Below, in pieces: positions 19,852-29,322 of a stretch of 51,544 bases of DNA (positions are counted from its first letter, which is position 1; the number at the start of each line of letters is the position of its first letter). Made by a program: the position numbers and the translations under genes. Below the pieces are notes generated by a model. It had not been told where the DNA came from, made no database searches, and was given only the letters and a program-made list of their open reading frames with translations. The DNA is from a virus (taxonomy: Duplodnaviria; Caudoviricetes), in the IMG/VR virus record IMGVR_UViG_3300045996_001835, positions 1-51,544 of that record, one strand, 5' to 3'.

Positions 19852-20273
19852 ACAAACCTCTCGCAGACCAAGCCAAAAAAGGCCTAACCGATAAGAGCGT
19901 TAAGACTGCCGGCCGCTGCCAACATTGGGTGCGGCTCCAGATCATAGAAGCTTATGGTGCCCGGCTGTATCGAAAATACTTCCAGAAATACATGAAGGGC
20001 AGCGCCTACGAAACCATGTTGGCCTTCCAAAAGTCACCCTACGCTGTGCCGGTCGAGAATGGCTCAGTCATCGGTGACATTCTTTACAAGGGGCGAAAGA
20101 CCAGCGGCAAGTACGGTCATGTCGGGATTCGCATTGCGGGTAACAAAGTCGCTGAGAACAGCTCGTCCCATATTGCACCAGGAGACAACGACGCTCGTGG
20201 GATTCGTAGCTATGAGGCTTTTGGTCCGTATGAGTTGATAGTGAGGTTGCCGGAGCCGAGTAAGTTGTCGTAA
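19848..20273 (+). CDS. Putative endolysin, CHAP/NlpC-P60-like
   Basis: GRCQHWVR...GDILY...YGHVGI...AENS Cys-His-Glu pattern. Confidence 0.65.
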   Translation: MNKPLADQAKKGLTDKSVKTAGRCQHWVRLQIIEAYGARLYRKYFQKYMKGSAYETMLAFQKSPYAVPVENGSVIGDILYKGRKTSGKYGHVGIRIAGNKVAENSSSHIAPGDNDARGIRSYEAFGPYELIVRLPEPSKLS

Positions 20274-20402
20274 CCAGGACGCCTCCGACACCAGCGTCCA
20301 CTAGTGCCGGAGACTACGCCACACCTGAGTGAACAGGCGCAGCGGTGCATGAGATTATAGCACTGGGAAGCCGAATATTAATCTGAGAACTCAATTAATC
20401 TT

Positions 20403-20897
20403 ATGCCCGATATCAACATTATCGAACAACGTGTCTCGAAACTCGAAACCGGCCATGCGGAACTGAGAGCAGGGCAGGCCAGTCTCGCCAAAGAGGTGGA
20501 CGTTGAGGCCCGTGTCGGTGCCTTGAATGCGCGATTCGGGCAGTTCGAGACCAAGATTACCAGCTCGATTGAGCACATGGCTGAAGGCATCAAAGAACTG
20601 GGCGGCCAGATGGGCAAGCTTTACGAGATTAATGACGAGAACATGCGCAACCAGGGCAGGCAGGCCCAAGAGGCGCACGAGAAGCAGATGGCGCTCAAAG
20701 ATGCTCAGATCGCCAAGATGGAGCAAGAGAGGGAGAACGCCAGGCTGATAAACAAAATCAAGAATACATGGACGCCTTACTTGCAGCTTATCGGAGCCCT
20801 TGCCATAGCACTGGGTGTCGGCTGGGCTATTTTTACCTTCGGGGTTCGCGAAGCCCTTCCGGAAGCCACAAATGCCGCTGTCGTAATTAAGAAGTAA
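20403..20897 (+). CDS. Coiled-coil protein with C-terminal transmembrane helix (lysis accessory?)
   Basis: Heptad-rich N-terminus, LIGALAIALGVGWAIF. Confidence 0.6.
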   Translation: MPDINIIEQRVSKLETGHAELRAGQASLAKEVDVEARVGALNARFGQFETKITSSIEHMAEGIKELGGQMGKLYEINDENMRNQGRQAQEAHEKQMALKDAQIAKMEQERENARLINKIKNTWTPYLQLIGALAIALGVGWAIFTFGVREALPEATNAAVVIKK

Positions 20898-20902
20898 CTA
20901 CC

Positions 20903-21277
20903 ATGCCAAACCGCATACTAGTCGTAGACGACGAGCAGGACATCAGGCACATGGTACTGACCATGTTGATCCAGAAGGGCTACCGGGTGGACTCTGCGAA
21001 CTCAGCATCCGATGGCTGGGAGGCATATGATCAAGCCAAGGCAGACGGCTCTCCCTTCGACCTTCTAATTCTCGATATCGCCATGCCGCAAGAGACCGGG
21101 TTGAAGCTGGCACAGCGGATTCGGGACAGCGGGGACCATGAGACGCGGATTGTGATGTTTACGGGCTTTAATGGGGCGATAAACAGGCAGCAGGCGGCGG
21201 ATGTGGGTGCGGCTTATTTGACTAAGCCGGTTACGATTGTGGAGTTGTTGGAGGCGGTTGAGGGGCGGGTGAGATGA
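20903..21277 (+). CDS. Single-domain response regulator receiver
   Basis: ILVVDDE, LILDIAMP, MFTG, YLTKP: all REC catalytic residues present. Confidence 0.92.
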   Translation: MPNRILVVDDEQDIRHMVLTMLIQKGYRVDSANSASDGWEAYDQAKADGSPFDLLILDIAMPQETGLKLAQRIRDSGDHETRIVMFTGFNGAINRQQAADVGAAYLTKPVTIVELLEAVEGRVR

Positions 21278-21451
21278 GCGAGCCAGAAAGATTGTATCTG
21301 CATCTGTCCTTCTCGGACAACCAGTGCATCAAGGCGAACCGGGACGGCGGGTTCAGGCTCATCATGGATGTGCCGGAGTGCGACGCAGCAGCCATTAAGC
21401 GATTGCTAGATTGGAGAACTCTGGCGATAGTCGGATTATTACAGGTTGACG

Positions 21452-22129
21452 ATGGAAACCAAAGCGAAAGCGACAACTCGGAAAGCGAAGGGAAAGCCAA
21501 AGCCGGTAAAGCCGGTGGTCGACCGTGGCTCCGAAAGTCCGGTCGAGGCGATAACTCCTCTTCCGAAACTGACGGATAAGCAGCGAATCTTCGTAGAAGC
21601 GTACCTGACATGCTGGAATGCGACCGAGGCAGCGCGGCAGGCGGGTTATGCCGATCCAGAGCTGGCAGGATGGGAAAACAGGCAAAAACAGGTAATTCAG
21701 GACGAAATATCACGCCGAATCGCCGAGAAGACGATGAGTGCGGACGAGGTTTTGATTAGGCTCGGAGATCAAGCCCGCGGCAGCCTCAAGCCATTCTTAA
21801 AGCCTAGTGTCGGTGGCGAACTATGGCCGGACTTGACGACCGATGAGGCGCAGGCGAATCTGCACCTGTTGAAGAAAATCAAGCCGAAGAAACGACAGGG
21901 TGGTCCTGAGGAAGACCCCTGGATCGAGACCGAGATCGAGCTAGAGATTCACGATCCGCAGGCCGCTCTGGTTCATATTGGGCGGCACCATAAGCTGTTT
22001 ACGGATAAATCGGAAGTGACTGGCAAAAATGGTGGCCCTATCCAAACCGAGGACATCGGACTTACCGACGAGCAACGAGCTGCTCGAATTACTGCCCTAC
22101 TTGAGCGAGGGCGAGCGCGCCGAACTTGA
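21452..22129 (+). CDS. terS: Terminase small subunit
   Basis: LTDKQRIFVEAYLTCWNATEAARQAGY; EVTGKNGGPI. Confidence 0.9.
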   Translation: METKAKATTRKAKGKPKPVKPVVDRGSESPVEAITPLPKLTDKQRIFVEAYLTCWNATEAARQAGYADPELAGWENRQKQVIQDEISRRIAEKTMSADEVLIRLGDQARGSLKPFLKPSVGGELWPDLTTDEAQANLHLLKKIKPKKRQGGPEEDPWIETEIELEIHDPQAALVHIGRHHKLFTDKSEVTGKNGGPIQTEDIGLTDEQRAARITALLERGRARRT

Positions 22130-23693
22130 CGCGTTGTTGTTGGAGCAATGGTACATTGACAATCAGAATCGTTACCGGAGCCATCCCGATGAGTATGCGC
22201 GCGAAGTCCTCGGGGTGGAACTCACACCCGAGCAGACCGGCATCCTGCAGTCATTGGTCGAGAACCGCAGGACAGCCGCCAAGGCTTCCCACGCCATCGG
22301 TAAGACCTTTACCGCTGCTGTGGCTGCCTGCTGGTGGTACGACTGCTGGGACGAGCACATTGTCTACATAACCGCTCCGACGTGGAAGCAGTGTCTGGGG
22401 CTCACCTTTAAACAAGTTAAGCGGTTTCGGCGCAGCAAGCGGATGGCGGGCGAGATTCTTGAGTCTGGGGTGGTGCGGGACGAAGATAAAGATGCCGCCG
22501 GTGCTCACTTCATCCAGGCATTGAACGCCGAGAGTGGGGAAGGTTTTCAGGGTGAGCATGCAGCGCCAATCCTCATTATCGTAGAGGAAGCCGTAGGGGT
22601 CCCGACCTATATCTTCGAAGCTATCGATGGATTGATGACACATCCGGATTGCCGTGTTCTCGAAATCGCTAACCCGACTGATGAGGCAACGAGCTTTGGA
22701 GACCATTGCAGCAGTTCGGTGTATAACGTGCTTTCGGTGAGCGTGTTTGACCATCCAAATATTGAGGCAGAGCTACGGTGTGAGCCGCCACCGTTCCCGC
22801 TTGCAGTGCGGTTGCTTTGGCTTAAGGAAATGCTGGAGAAGGAGTGCGATCGTACTGATGAGCAGACCGGCGATGCGTTTGAGTTCTACTCCCTGCCGGT
22901 CATTGAGGCAGCCATTAATGGTCGTTCGATTCGGGCGGATAGCGAGAAGTGGTTCTATTTACCGAACGCCGTGTTCCAGGGTAGGGCGCTGGGCGAGTTT
23001 CCGACGCAAGCGGACAGGCAGGCTATACCGCGTGGATGGTTGACCAATCTGCCGATATTGGAGCCGGAAGGTAAGCCGGAGATAGGATGCGACACGGCGC
23101 GCTTTGGAACGGACAGGACGACTATCTTCGTCAAGCAGGGGCCATGCGCCTTGCGGGGCCGCGAAGTGCGCATGATGGACAATGTGGCGGTCGCTAGTGC
23201 GTTGCGGGAGGAATCCAAGGAGGCCGAGAGATTGACGGGGTATCCGGCGAGGTGTGCGAAGGTTGAGGACGGCATCCCGATCAAGATCGATACGACTGGC
23301 GGGCTTGGAACTGGACCGTACGACATGTTGAAGTCCGAGGGATACAACGTGATTGCGGTGAATAGCAGCAGCACCGATGTGAATGAGCCGGACTCGTTCA
23401 AGAACATTCGCAGCGAGTTATATTGGGCGACGCGGGAGAATGCTCGGTTGAACCGATTGGACTTTTCGAGGTTGCCGAAAGACATTCGGGAGAACTTGAT
23501 CAGGGAGCTTTCGACACCGACATGGAAGCCGGACAGTGCGGGGAGAAAAATTGTGGCGGAGAAGGAAAAGATCAAGAAGGACTTGGGCTTTTCGCCGGAC
23601 TTGGCAGACGGGTGGAATTTGGCGAATTATAAGCCGAGGTCACAAGAGTTGAATTTCGACCAAAGCGCCAACAGTTTATTGAGTAGCTTATAA
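22029..23693 (+). CDS. terL: Terminase large subunit
   Basis: SHAIGKT Walker A, IIVEEA Walker B, ANPT, GCDTARFGTD, SPDLAD nuclease motifs. Confidence 0.92.
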   Translation: MVALSKPRTSDLPTSNELLELLPYLSEGERAELDALLLEQWYIDNQNRYRSHPDEYAREVLGVELTPEQTGILQSLVENRRTAAKASHAIGKTFTAAVAACWWYDCWDEHIVYITAPTWKQCLGLTFKQVKRFRRSKRMAGEILESGVVRDEDKDAAGAHFIQALNAESGEGFQGEHAAPILIIVEEAVGVPTYIFEAIDGLMTHPDCRVLEIANPTDEATSFGDHCSSSVYNVLSVSVFDHPNIEAELRCEPPPFPLAVRLLWLKEMLEKECDRTDEQTGDAFEFYSLPVIEAAINGRSIRADSEKWFYLPNAVFQGRALGEFPTQADRQAIPRGWLTNLPILEPEGKPEIGCDTARFGTDRTTIFVKQGPCALRGREVRMMDNVAVASALREESKEAERLTGYPARCAKVEDGIPIKIDTTGGLGTGPYDMLKSEGYNVIAVNSSSTDVNEPDSFKNIRSELYWATRENARLNRLDFSRLPKDIRENLIRELSTPTWKPDSAGRKIVAEKEKIKKDLGFSPDLADGWNLANYKPRSQELNFDQSANSLLSSL

Positions 23694-23695
23694 CG

Positions 23696-25264
23696 ATGAG
23701 GAATTACATGGCAGCATTACAATCCGCTTATAGTGCCTTCCGGCTTTCACTTCAGAATCCGGCAGATGTGGTGCTGTCGAATGATTACGACCGCCGACAG
23801 AGGCAGTATGCCCTCGGATGGGCAGCCTACTCCAACGATGCATTCAGTCGTGTCTCTCAGTGGGCGGCATATGCTGAAAGCGAAGGGTTATACCTGCGTA
23901 CCAAGGCGTTCGAGAACCCGACGACCCGCCAAGTCGATTTCTACATGGGGGCGATTTGGCAGGGTATCCTCACCAACGACGGCAACCCACCGCCTGATGG
24001 CACAGCGCTCGCCATTCCATTTTCAAAGGACACTGACCCGCGTATCCGCCTTGCGGTTGCTCAGTCCTGGCAATGGGGCAACTGGCAAGAGGAAAAAGAT
24101 ACCCTCGTCATGTTTGGCGGTTCGATGGGCGACGCCGTGGCTATTGTGGACGATGATGTTGAGCGCGGCATGGTGTACCCGAAGGTCATACAGCCGGGCC
24201 ATGTGAAGGATGTTGAATTCAATGGGCGCGGCGATGTCATCTATTATCAAATTGAATATTCCTACTATGACCGCTCGGACAGGCGTTCTAAGACCTATCG
24301 GCAGGAATGCGATAAGCAGCAAATACGCACCTGGCAGGACATAGATAGAGAGCCGTTCATCGAAGATAATCCTTATGGCTTCGTACCGATGGTGTGGATT
24401 CGACACCGCAAGACTGCCTCATGGTTTGGAGCGCCAGCCATTCGCTCATGGGACAAGATCGAGCGCCTTAATTCCCTAATTTCTCGTATCGATGCGAATA
24501 TCCGCATCCATTCGCAGAGTCCGTTCTTTATCACTGGCGAAGGTGACGCAACCGCGCTTACCATAAACGGCGAAAAGGTATCTGAGAACGATTTGAAGGC
24601 TATTAAGATTAAGGGCGACGCTGCCCTTTTGGGCATCCCCAACAACCTCGATATTGCATCTGCCCTTGCGTTGGCCGAACGTCTCGGGATGGAAATAGAG
24701 CGCGATCACCCTGAGACCACGATGTACGAGAAGATGGCGACCATGAGCACCTTGACGGGTCCGGCCATTCAGCGGCTTATGGGGAACGTCGAGGGTTATG
24801 TGCAGGGCGCTAGGGGACGGTACGATAACCAGTATCGGAAGTTAGCACAGATGAAGCTCGCTATCGGCGGGATGAGGTATGCGCAACGCAATCGTCGTGT
24901 CATCGATGGCGTGAATGGATGGGCGGCCAACACTGAAGCACAAAAGAAGTTCGCGCCATTCAGCCTTGAGAGCTACGACCGGGGAGACCTGGACTTTTCT
25001 ATCGACTCGCGCCCACTTGTTCCCCAAACCACCGCCGAGAAATGGGCAGACCAGATGGCGTACTTTGCAGCCAAGCGTGCCGGCATGGATGCCGAGTTCC
25101 CTATTGATTATCAGTTTGTGGAGATGGATAGCGGAGACAAGAAGCAGTTTGCAGTTCTCCAGAAAGCCCAAAACGAATCAGACATGAGAACGCTAGGAGA
25201 TGGATTCAATGCCCCAGATACCAACGCTGACACGCGAACAGTTGAGACAGCAGTCGTCAATTAG
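23696..25264 (+). CDS. Portal protein
   Basis: 522 aa directly after terL; NPYGFVPMV motif of SPP1-type portals. Confidence 0.85.
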   Translation: MRNYMAALQSAYSAFRLSLQNPADVVLSNDYDRRQRQYALGWAAYSNDAFSRVSQWAAYAESEGLYLRTKAFENPTTRQVDFYMGAIWQGILTNDGNPPPDGTALAIPFSKDTDPRIRLAVAQSWQWGNWQEEKDTLVMFGGSMGDAVAIVDDDVERGMVYPKVIQPGHVKDVEFNGRGDVIYYQIEYSYYDRSDRRSKTYRQECDKQQIRTWQDIDREPFIEDNPYGFVPMVWIRHRKTASWFGAPAIRSWDKIERLNSLISRIDANIRIHSQSPFFITGEGDATALTINGEKVSENDLKAIKIKGDAALLGIPNNLDIASALALAERLGMEIERDHPETTMYEKMATMSTLTGPAIQRLMGNVEGYVQGARGRYDNQYRKLAQMKLAIGGMRYAQRNRRVIDGVNGWAANTEAQKKFAPFSLESYDRGDLDFSIDSRPLVPQTTAEKWADQMAYFAAKRAGMDAEFPIDYQFVEMDSGDKKQFAVLQKAQNESDMRTLGDGFNAPDTNADTRTVETAVVN

Positions 25265-25398
25265 TCAGGCCGACATTGCGGAGGCTCAGGCGCTATTGAC
25301 AGGGCTAGAGGCGCGTAAGAAGCCGGTGAAGTATTTGGATGGAGATAGTGTGAAACGGGTCTCAGGGAAGGTTCTGAGGCTGTTGTGGGAGGCTAAGG

Positions 25399-25713
25399 AT
25401 GGATGACAGGACTTATCGACTGACGTCGTGGCTTTTATTTCTGCCAGGCGTCTTTCTGCGAGTATGGACACTCTCTGTGTTGTGGCTTTGGTTTGTGGTG
25501 CCTGAGTTTCGCGTTTCACCGCTTACGCTTCATGGCTCGTTTGGCATCATGCTCATTATCGGATTTCTGATAACCAAAGTGAGTGATGTTTATGCGGCAC
25601 CGCAAGACGACGAAGAAAGGCAGAGCCGGGCGCTACGGCAGTTCTTCGCATCTTTCATTGCGCCATTGCTGTGCTTATTTATTGGTTTTATCGGACACAA
25701 GTTGCTTGCCTAG
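25399..25713 (+). CDS. Small membrane protein
   Basis: Three hydrophobic segments. Confidence 0.65.
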   Translation: MDDRTYRLTSWLLFLPGVFLRVWTLSVLWLWFVVPEFRVSPLTLHGSFGIMLIIGFLITKVSDVYAAPQDDEERQSRALRQFFASFIAPLLCLFIGFIGHKLLA

Positions 25714-25716
25714 CCC

Positions 25717-26376
25717 ATGACCTCCCCCAACCCCTTCTCCTGGCTCCGCACGGAGCGCACCTTCGTTACTGGCCGCAATCAGCAGCCGGTGCGCCCTGCG
25801 TTCATCAAAGCCGGTGCCGAGGCGGTTGTGGACGAGACGAGGCTTAAAATCTTCGCACTCGCCCAAGGACTGCAAGCCAAGCAACTCACCCTGTCAGAGT
25901 TCGATTTGCAGGGCAAGCGACTCATCAAGTCGCTCCACACCGCTAATGCGGCCCTGGCGCGCGGTGGATGGTCTCAGATGCGGCCCGCAGACTATGAGAA
26001 GGTGGCGGACACCGTAGCGACGCAATACGAGTTCTGGCAGCAGCGCATGAAGGATGCGGAACGGGGCTTGTATGGCAAGAACTTCGAGCGCCGTTCATTC
26101 CTTGCCCATGTTTATCAGTATGCCGATGCAGGGCGTTCCACTTACGAAAATACACGGCTGCAGGTGATGAAGGAGGGCGGGGCGATTGAGGCCAGGCGGA
26201 TACGCGGGGCGACTGATGGCTGTCCTTCGTGCGTCGAATGGGCCGCGCTTGGATGGGTGCCGATAGATGAAATGGAGAGCGAATATCCGATAGGTTCGGG
26301 TGAGTGCCGTAACAACTGCCATTGCGTGATCGTGACACGGCGGGAGCAAAGTGAGTTTGTGAGTTTGGGGGGCTAA
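25717..26376 (+). CDS. Minor capsid / MuF-like head morphogenesis protein
   Basis: CPSC...PIG...CRNNCHC; position after portal. Confidence 0.75.
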   Translation: MTSPNPFSWLRTERTFVTGRNQQPVRPAFIKAGAEAVVDETRLKIFALAQGLQAKQLTLSEFDLQGKRLIKSLHTANAALARGGWSQMRPADYEKVADTVATQYEFWQQRMKDAERGLYGKNFERRSFLAHVYQYADAGRSTYENTRLQVMKEGGAIEARRIRGATDGCPSCVEWAALGWVPIDEMESEYPIGSGECRNNCHCVIVTRREQSEFVSLGG

Positions 26377-26870
26377 TGAATCAGTGCGTCGAAAGAAATG
26401 GCAGAATTCAGTATCAATACGATTGGCCGCCGGAGATAAAGGAGACCATCGAGAAGCTACTTCCTGAACATGCGTGGCTTATTCCACCGTGGGCACATGA
26501 GCTATGCGTGCTCTGGGACGCACAAGACACCGAAGTGGCTGCGCGGTGCAGCATTGATTACGATTACCGGCGTGTACAGCTTCGCATTTGTCCAATGTTT
26601 TTAGATGCCGATGCAATCGGACGCAGTCACATTATCAGGCATGAACTAATTCACGCGAGTTTCTTAATCCCTCTTGAGTTTGCGGAACGAACCATAAAGG
26701 ATTTGCTTGACGACTGCGAGAGCCCTACATCAAAGATAATCTTGCGAGAGTTGTCCGAAAGACACGAGAGCGGGGTGGAGGATGTGACACACATGATTGA
26801 TAATCTCTTGGGCACACAACAACCTTTTGCTGGCGAAGCAAGCCGATTGGCAAAACAATACGCCCTATAA
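26376..26870 (+). CDS. HExxH metallopeptidase-like protein
   Basis: IIRHELIH plus downstream HE. Confidence 0.55.
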   Translation: MNQCVERNGRIQYQYDWPPEIKETIEKLLPEHAWLIPPWAHELCVLWDAQDTEVAARCSIDYDYRRVQLRICPMFLDADAIGRSHIIRHELIHASFLIPLEFAERTIKDLLDDCESPTSKIILRELSERHESGVEDVTHMIDNLLGTQQPFAGEASRLAKQYAL

Positions 26871-26921
26871 GCGATAATCGCCTTCCCTGTTAGTAGCTAT
26901 ATGTTTTCGGGTATAATAGAA

Positions 26922-27077
26922 ATGACAACACCAAGGGTCCAAATCGACTCACTAAGACTGCTACGTGCCGTCCAAAGCCATTTAGGGCGCATTAAGCAAT
27001 CCAGTGATCCTAAGGTGTTGGCACACGCTCACCAACTTGAGAGCGAGTTAAAAAAGAGCGTTAAGCAAAATAACTGA
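26922..27077 (+). CDS. 51-aa hypothetical protein directly after a TATAAT box
   Basis: GGGTATAAT-AGAA-ATG; MTTPRVQIDSLRLL... Confidence 0.4.
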   Translation: MTTPRVQIDSLRLLRAVQSHLGRIKQSSDPKVLAHAHQLESELKKSVKQNN

Positions 27078-27105
27078 ATAGGCCACCGTAACATTTTGTT
27101 ACCTA

Positions 27106-27159
27106 CGCCCCACATTAGAAGCGACCTCCTCGGAGCAGCTTTTAGCGTGGGGCTTTTTT
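27106..27159 (+). terminator. Long hairpin plus T-tract before the scaffold gene
   Basis: GCCCCAC...GTGGGGC TTTTTT. Confidence 0.65.
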
Positions 27160-27198
27160 ATTTGCCCGAGATGGGCACAAAACCAGGAGATTTTTACC

Positions 27199-27774
27199 GT
27201 GATGGTAACTACTGAAACCCCGGCAGCCGAGACGGCAGCCACCGAAGTACCCGCAGGGACCGAAGCAACTACGACGGCAACGGCTGAGACAGCCAAAACC
27301 CCGGAACAGCTTCAAGCCGAGCTCCAATCTGCCCAGAACCGCATCCACGAACTCAACAAAGAGAACGAGAAGCGCCGCAAGCAGCAGGAAGAGCTCGAAA
27401 AGCAGCAGAAGGCGGCGGAAGAGGAACGGCTGGCTAAGCAGGGCGAGTTTCAAAAGCTCGCCGAAACGCGAACCACCGAACTGCAAACCGCACAAAGCGA
27501 ACTCGAATCTGCAAACGCAAAGCTCACCCAATACGAGACGTTACTGGGTAGCGACATTGACAAGCGGATTGAGAAATGGCCCGAAGAAGTAAAGGCGCTT
27601 GTCCCCAAAGAAGGCGATGCCCTGCAGAGATTGCAGGAAATCAAAAAGCTTGAACCGCTAGCGAATTCGCTCATGAGCGTGCCGGCGGCCGGTGGAATGC
27701 GGCCGGGGCCGGTACCGAGTGGTCGCCCGAGTGACGTCAAAGACTTACCTCGTCCGGCCGGATATCAAATTTAA
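27199..27774 (+). CDS. Capsid scaffolding protein
   Basis: Low-complexity N-terminus, coiled coil ELNKENEKRR...QGEFQKLAE; precedes capsid genes. Confidence 0.85.
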   Translation: MMVTTETPAAETAATEVPAGTEATTTATAETAKTPEQLQAELQSAQNRIHELNKENEKRRKQQEELEKQQKAAEEERLAKQGEFQKLAETRTTELQTAQSELESANAKLTQYETLLGSDIDKRIEKWPEEVKALVPKEGDALQRLQEIKKLEPLANSLMSVPAAGGMRPGPVPSGRPSDVKDLPRPAGYQI

Positions 27775-27791
27775 AATAGGAGCCATAGATC

Positions 27792-28208
27792 ATGGCAGCT
27801 TTAACAAAAAGCGGCACTCCGACAGTTTGTACGGTGTTGCCTGATGCCGGTGAACGACTCGGCACATTTGAGGCAGGCGAGGCCATTGCGGCCGGCGACG
27901 CTTGCCTGATTGCAAGTACCGGCAAGGTACTACTTTCGAATGGCGCAGTAGCTGACGCCAACGCCCTTATTATGGGCTGGGCAGGCCACGAGGCGGCGTT
28001 AGGTGAGCCCGTTACGCTGTGGGCCAACGTGAACTTCAACTATGCAGCCACATCGACAACCCCCGGCAAGCTCTATTACCTGAGTGGAACTGTGGAGGGG
28101 GGGCTTGTTGACGCCGCTTCAACCGGCGGGGTTCGCCCCTGCGCCATTGGTCTTACTGGTGGCCGCATTCGTGTTTTGCAGGTTCTTGAGACCGCATACC
28201 CAGCCTAA
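27792..28208 (+). CDS. Capsid decoration/cement protein
   Basis: AGEAIAAGDAC motif; between scaffold and major capsid genes. Confidence 0.7.
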   Translation: MAALTKSGTPTVCTVLPDAGERLGTFEAGEAIAAGDACLIASTGKVLLSNGAVADANALIMGWAGHEAALGEPVTLWANVNFNYAATSTTPGKLYYLSGTVEGGLVDAASTGGVRPCAIGLTGGRIRVLQVLETAYPA

Positions 28209-28223
28209 GGAGGCGATTAGACG

Positions 28224-29315
28224 ATGGCATACGGAACACTTCAAATTGCAGATAGCGTCGCCTCCTCGCAACAGACCGTTGCGCAGTTTGGCGAGACCAA
28301 CCTCTTCGGCGAATTCCAGCGCGCCGCTGATATCCACAATGGATGGGTTAACGAAATGACTGGGGCGCTGTGTGTTCGCACTACTGATCGCCTTCGCGCC
28401 TATGGCGGGCTCGATGATGTTGTTAATGAGCAGATGGGAGAGCAGTCGCGCCCCGACGCCTCGAAGGCCAGCACCGGTTACAACATCGGGTTCCCCCTAT
28501 TCCGATTCGGCTCTTCGATGCAGTGGACGCGAGATTACTTTCGTGTGGCTAAGGTTGCGGAAGTTGTGGCGCAAATGAATGCTCACGCGGACGCGGATCG
28601 CAAGCAGATCGTTCGCCAAATCAAGATCGCACTGATGACGCCGACGAATCGACTTACGTACAAGGACCGTCTGGCGAATCAGCAGTCCGCGAATGTGACA
28701 CTCCCGGTCCGCGCTCTTTTGAATGCGGATAGCACGGCCGTCCCACTGGGTCCGAATGGCGAAACGTTCGATGCTACAGCGCACACCCACTACCTGGCTC
28801 GCGCCGGTGGAGCTGTAGCAGCTACAGACGTGACGGCGCTCGTGAACACGGTTCTGGAGCATGGCGTGCCTTCTAATCTGGTGATGTGGATTCCTGCATC
28901 ACTGGAGGCAACGATTCGCGGGTACACGGCTGCAGGGCAGTTCCAAGCCTATGTGGATGCTCGTATTCGCCAGCCGTTGGATTCAACGTTCGCCCAGGGC
29001 CGTGCTTTGGACGTGAATAACACCGGCGATCGCGCTATCGGTATCTATGGAGCCGCCGAAGTCTGGGTTAAGCCGTGGATGCCTGCCAATTACATCGTAG
29101 TAGTTGACACCGGCACCGCTGGGATGAAGCCTTTGGCATTCCGCGTTCAGGAGGACGACCCAACTCTTTCCGATTTCGGCATTCGTGCCGAAGACGAATC
29201 TTACCCGCTCCGCGCTCGCACGATGGCACGCGACTACGGCATTGCAGTGGCCCAGCGCCACATGGCTGCCGTGCTCTACACCGGCGATACGACCTATACG
29301 GCACCGACCCTCTAA
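28224..29315 (+). CDS. Major capsid protein
   Basis: 363 aa, strong RBS, synteny, C-terminal YTAPT. Confidence 0.85.
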   Translation: MAYGTLQIADSVASSQQTVAQFGETNLFGEFQRAADIHNGWVNEMTGALCVRTTDRLRAYGGLDDVVNEQMGEQSRPDASKASTGYNIGFPLFRFGSSMQWTRDYFRVAKVAEVVAQMNAHADADRKQIVRQIKIALMTPTNRLTYKDRLANQQSANVTLPVRALLNADSTAVPLGPNGETFDATAHTHYLARAGGAVAATDVTALVNTVLEHGVPSNLVMWIPASLEATIRGYTAAGQFQAYVDARIRQPLDSTFAQGRALDVNNTGDRAIGIYGAAEVWVKPWMPANYIVVVDTGTAGMKPLAFRVQEDDPTLSDFGIRAEDESYPLRARTMARDYGIAVAQRHMAAVLYTGDTTYTAPTL

Positions 29316-29322
29316 GGAGTGA

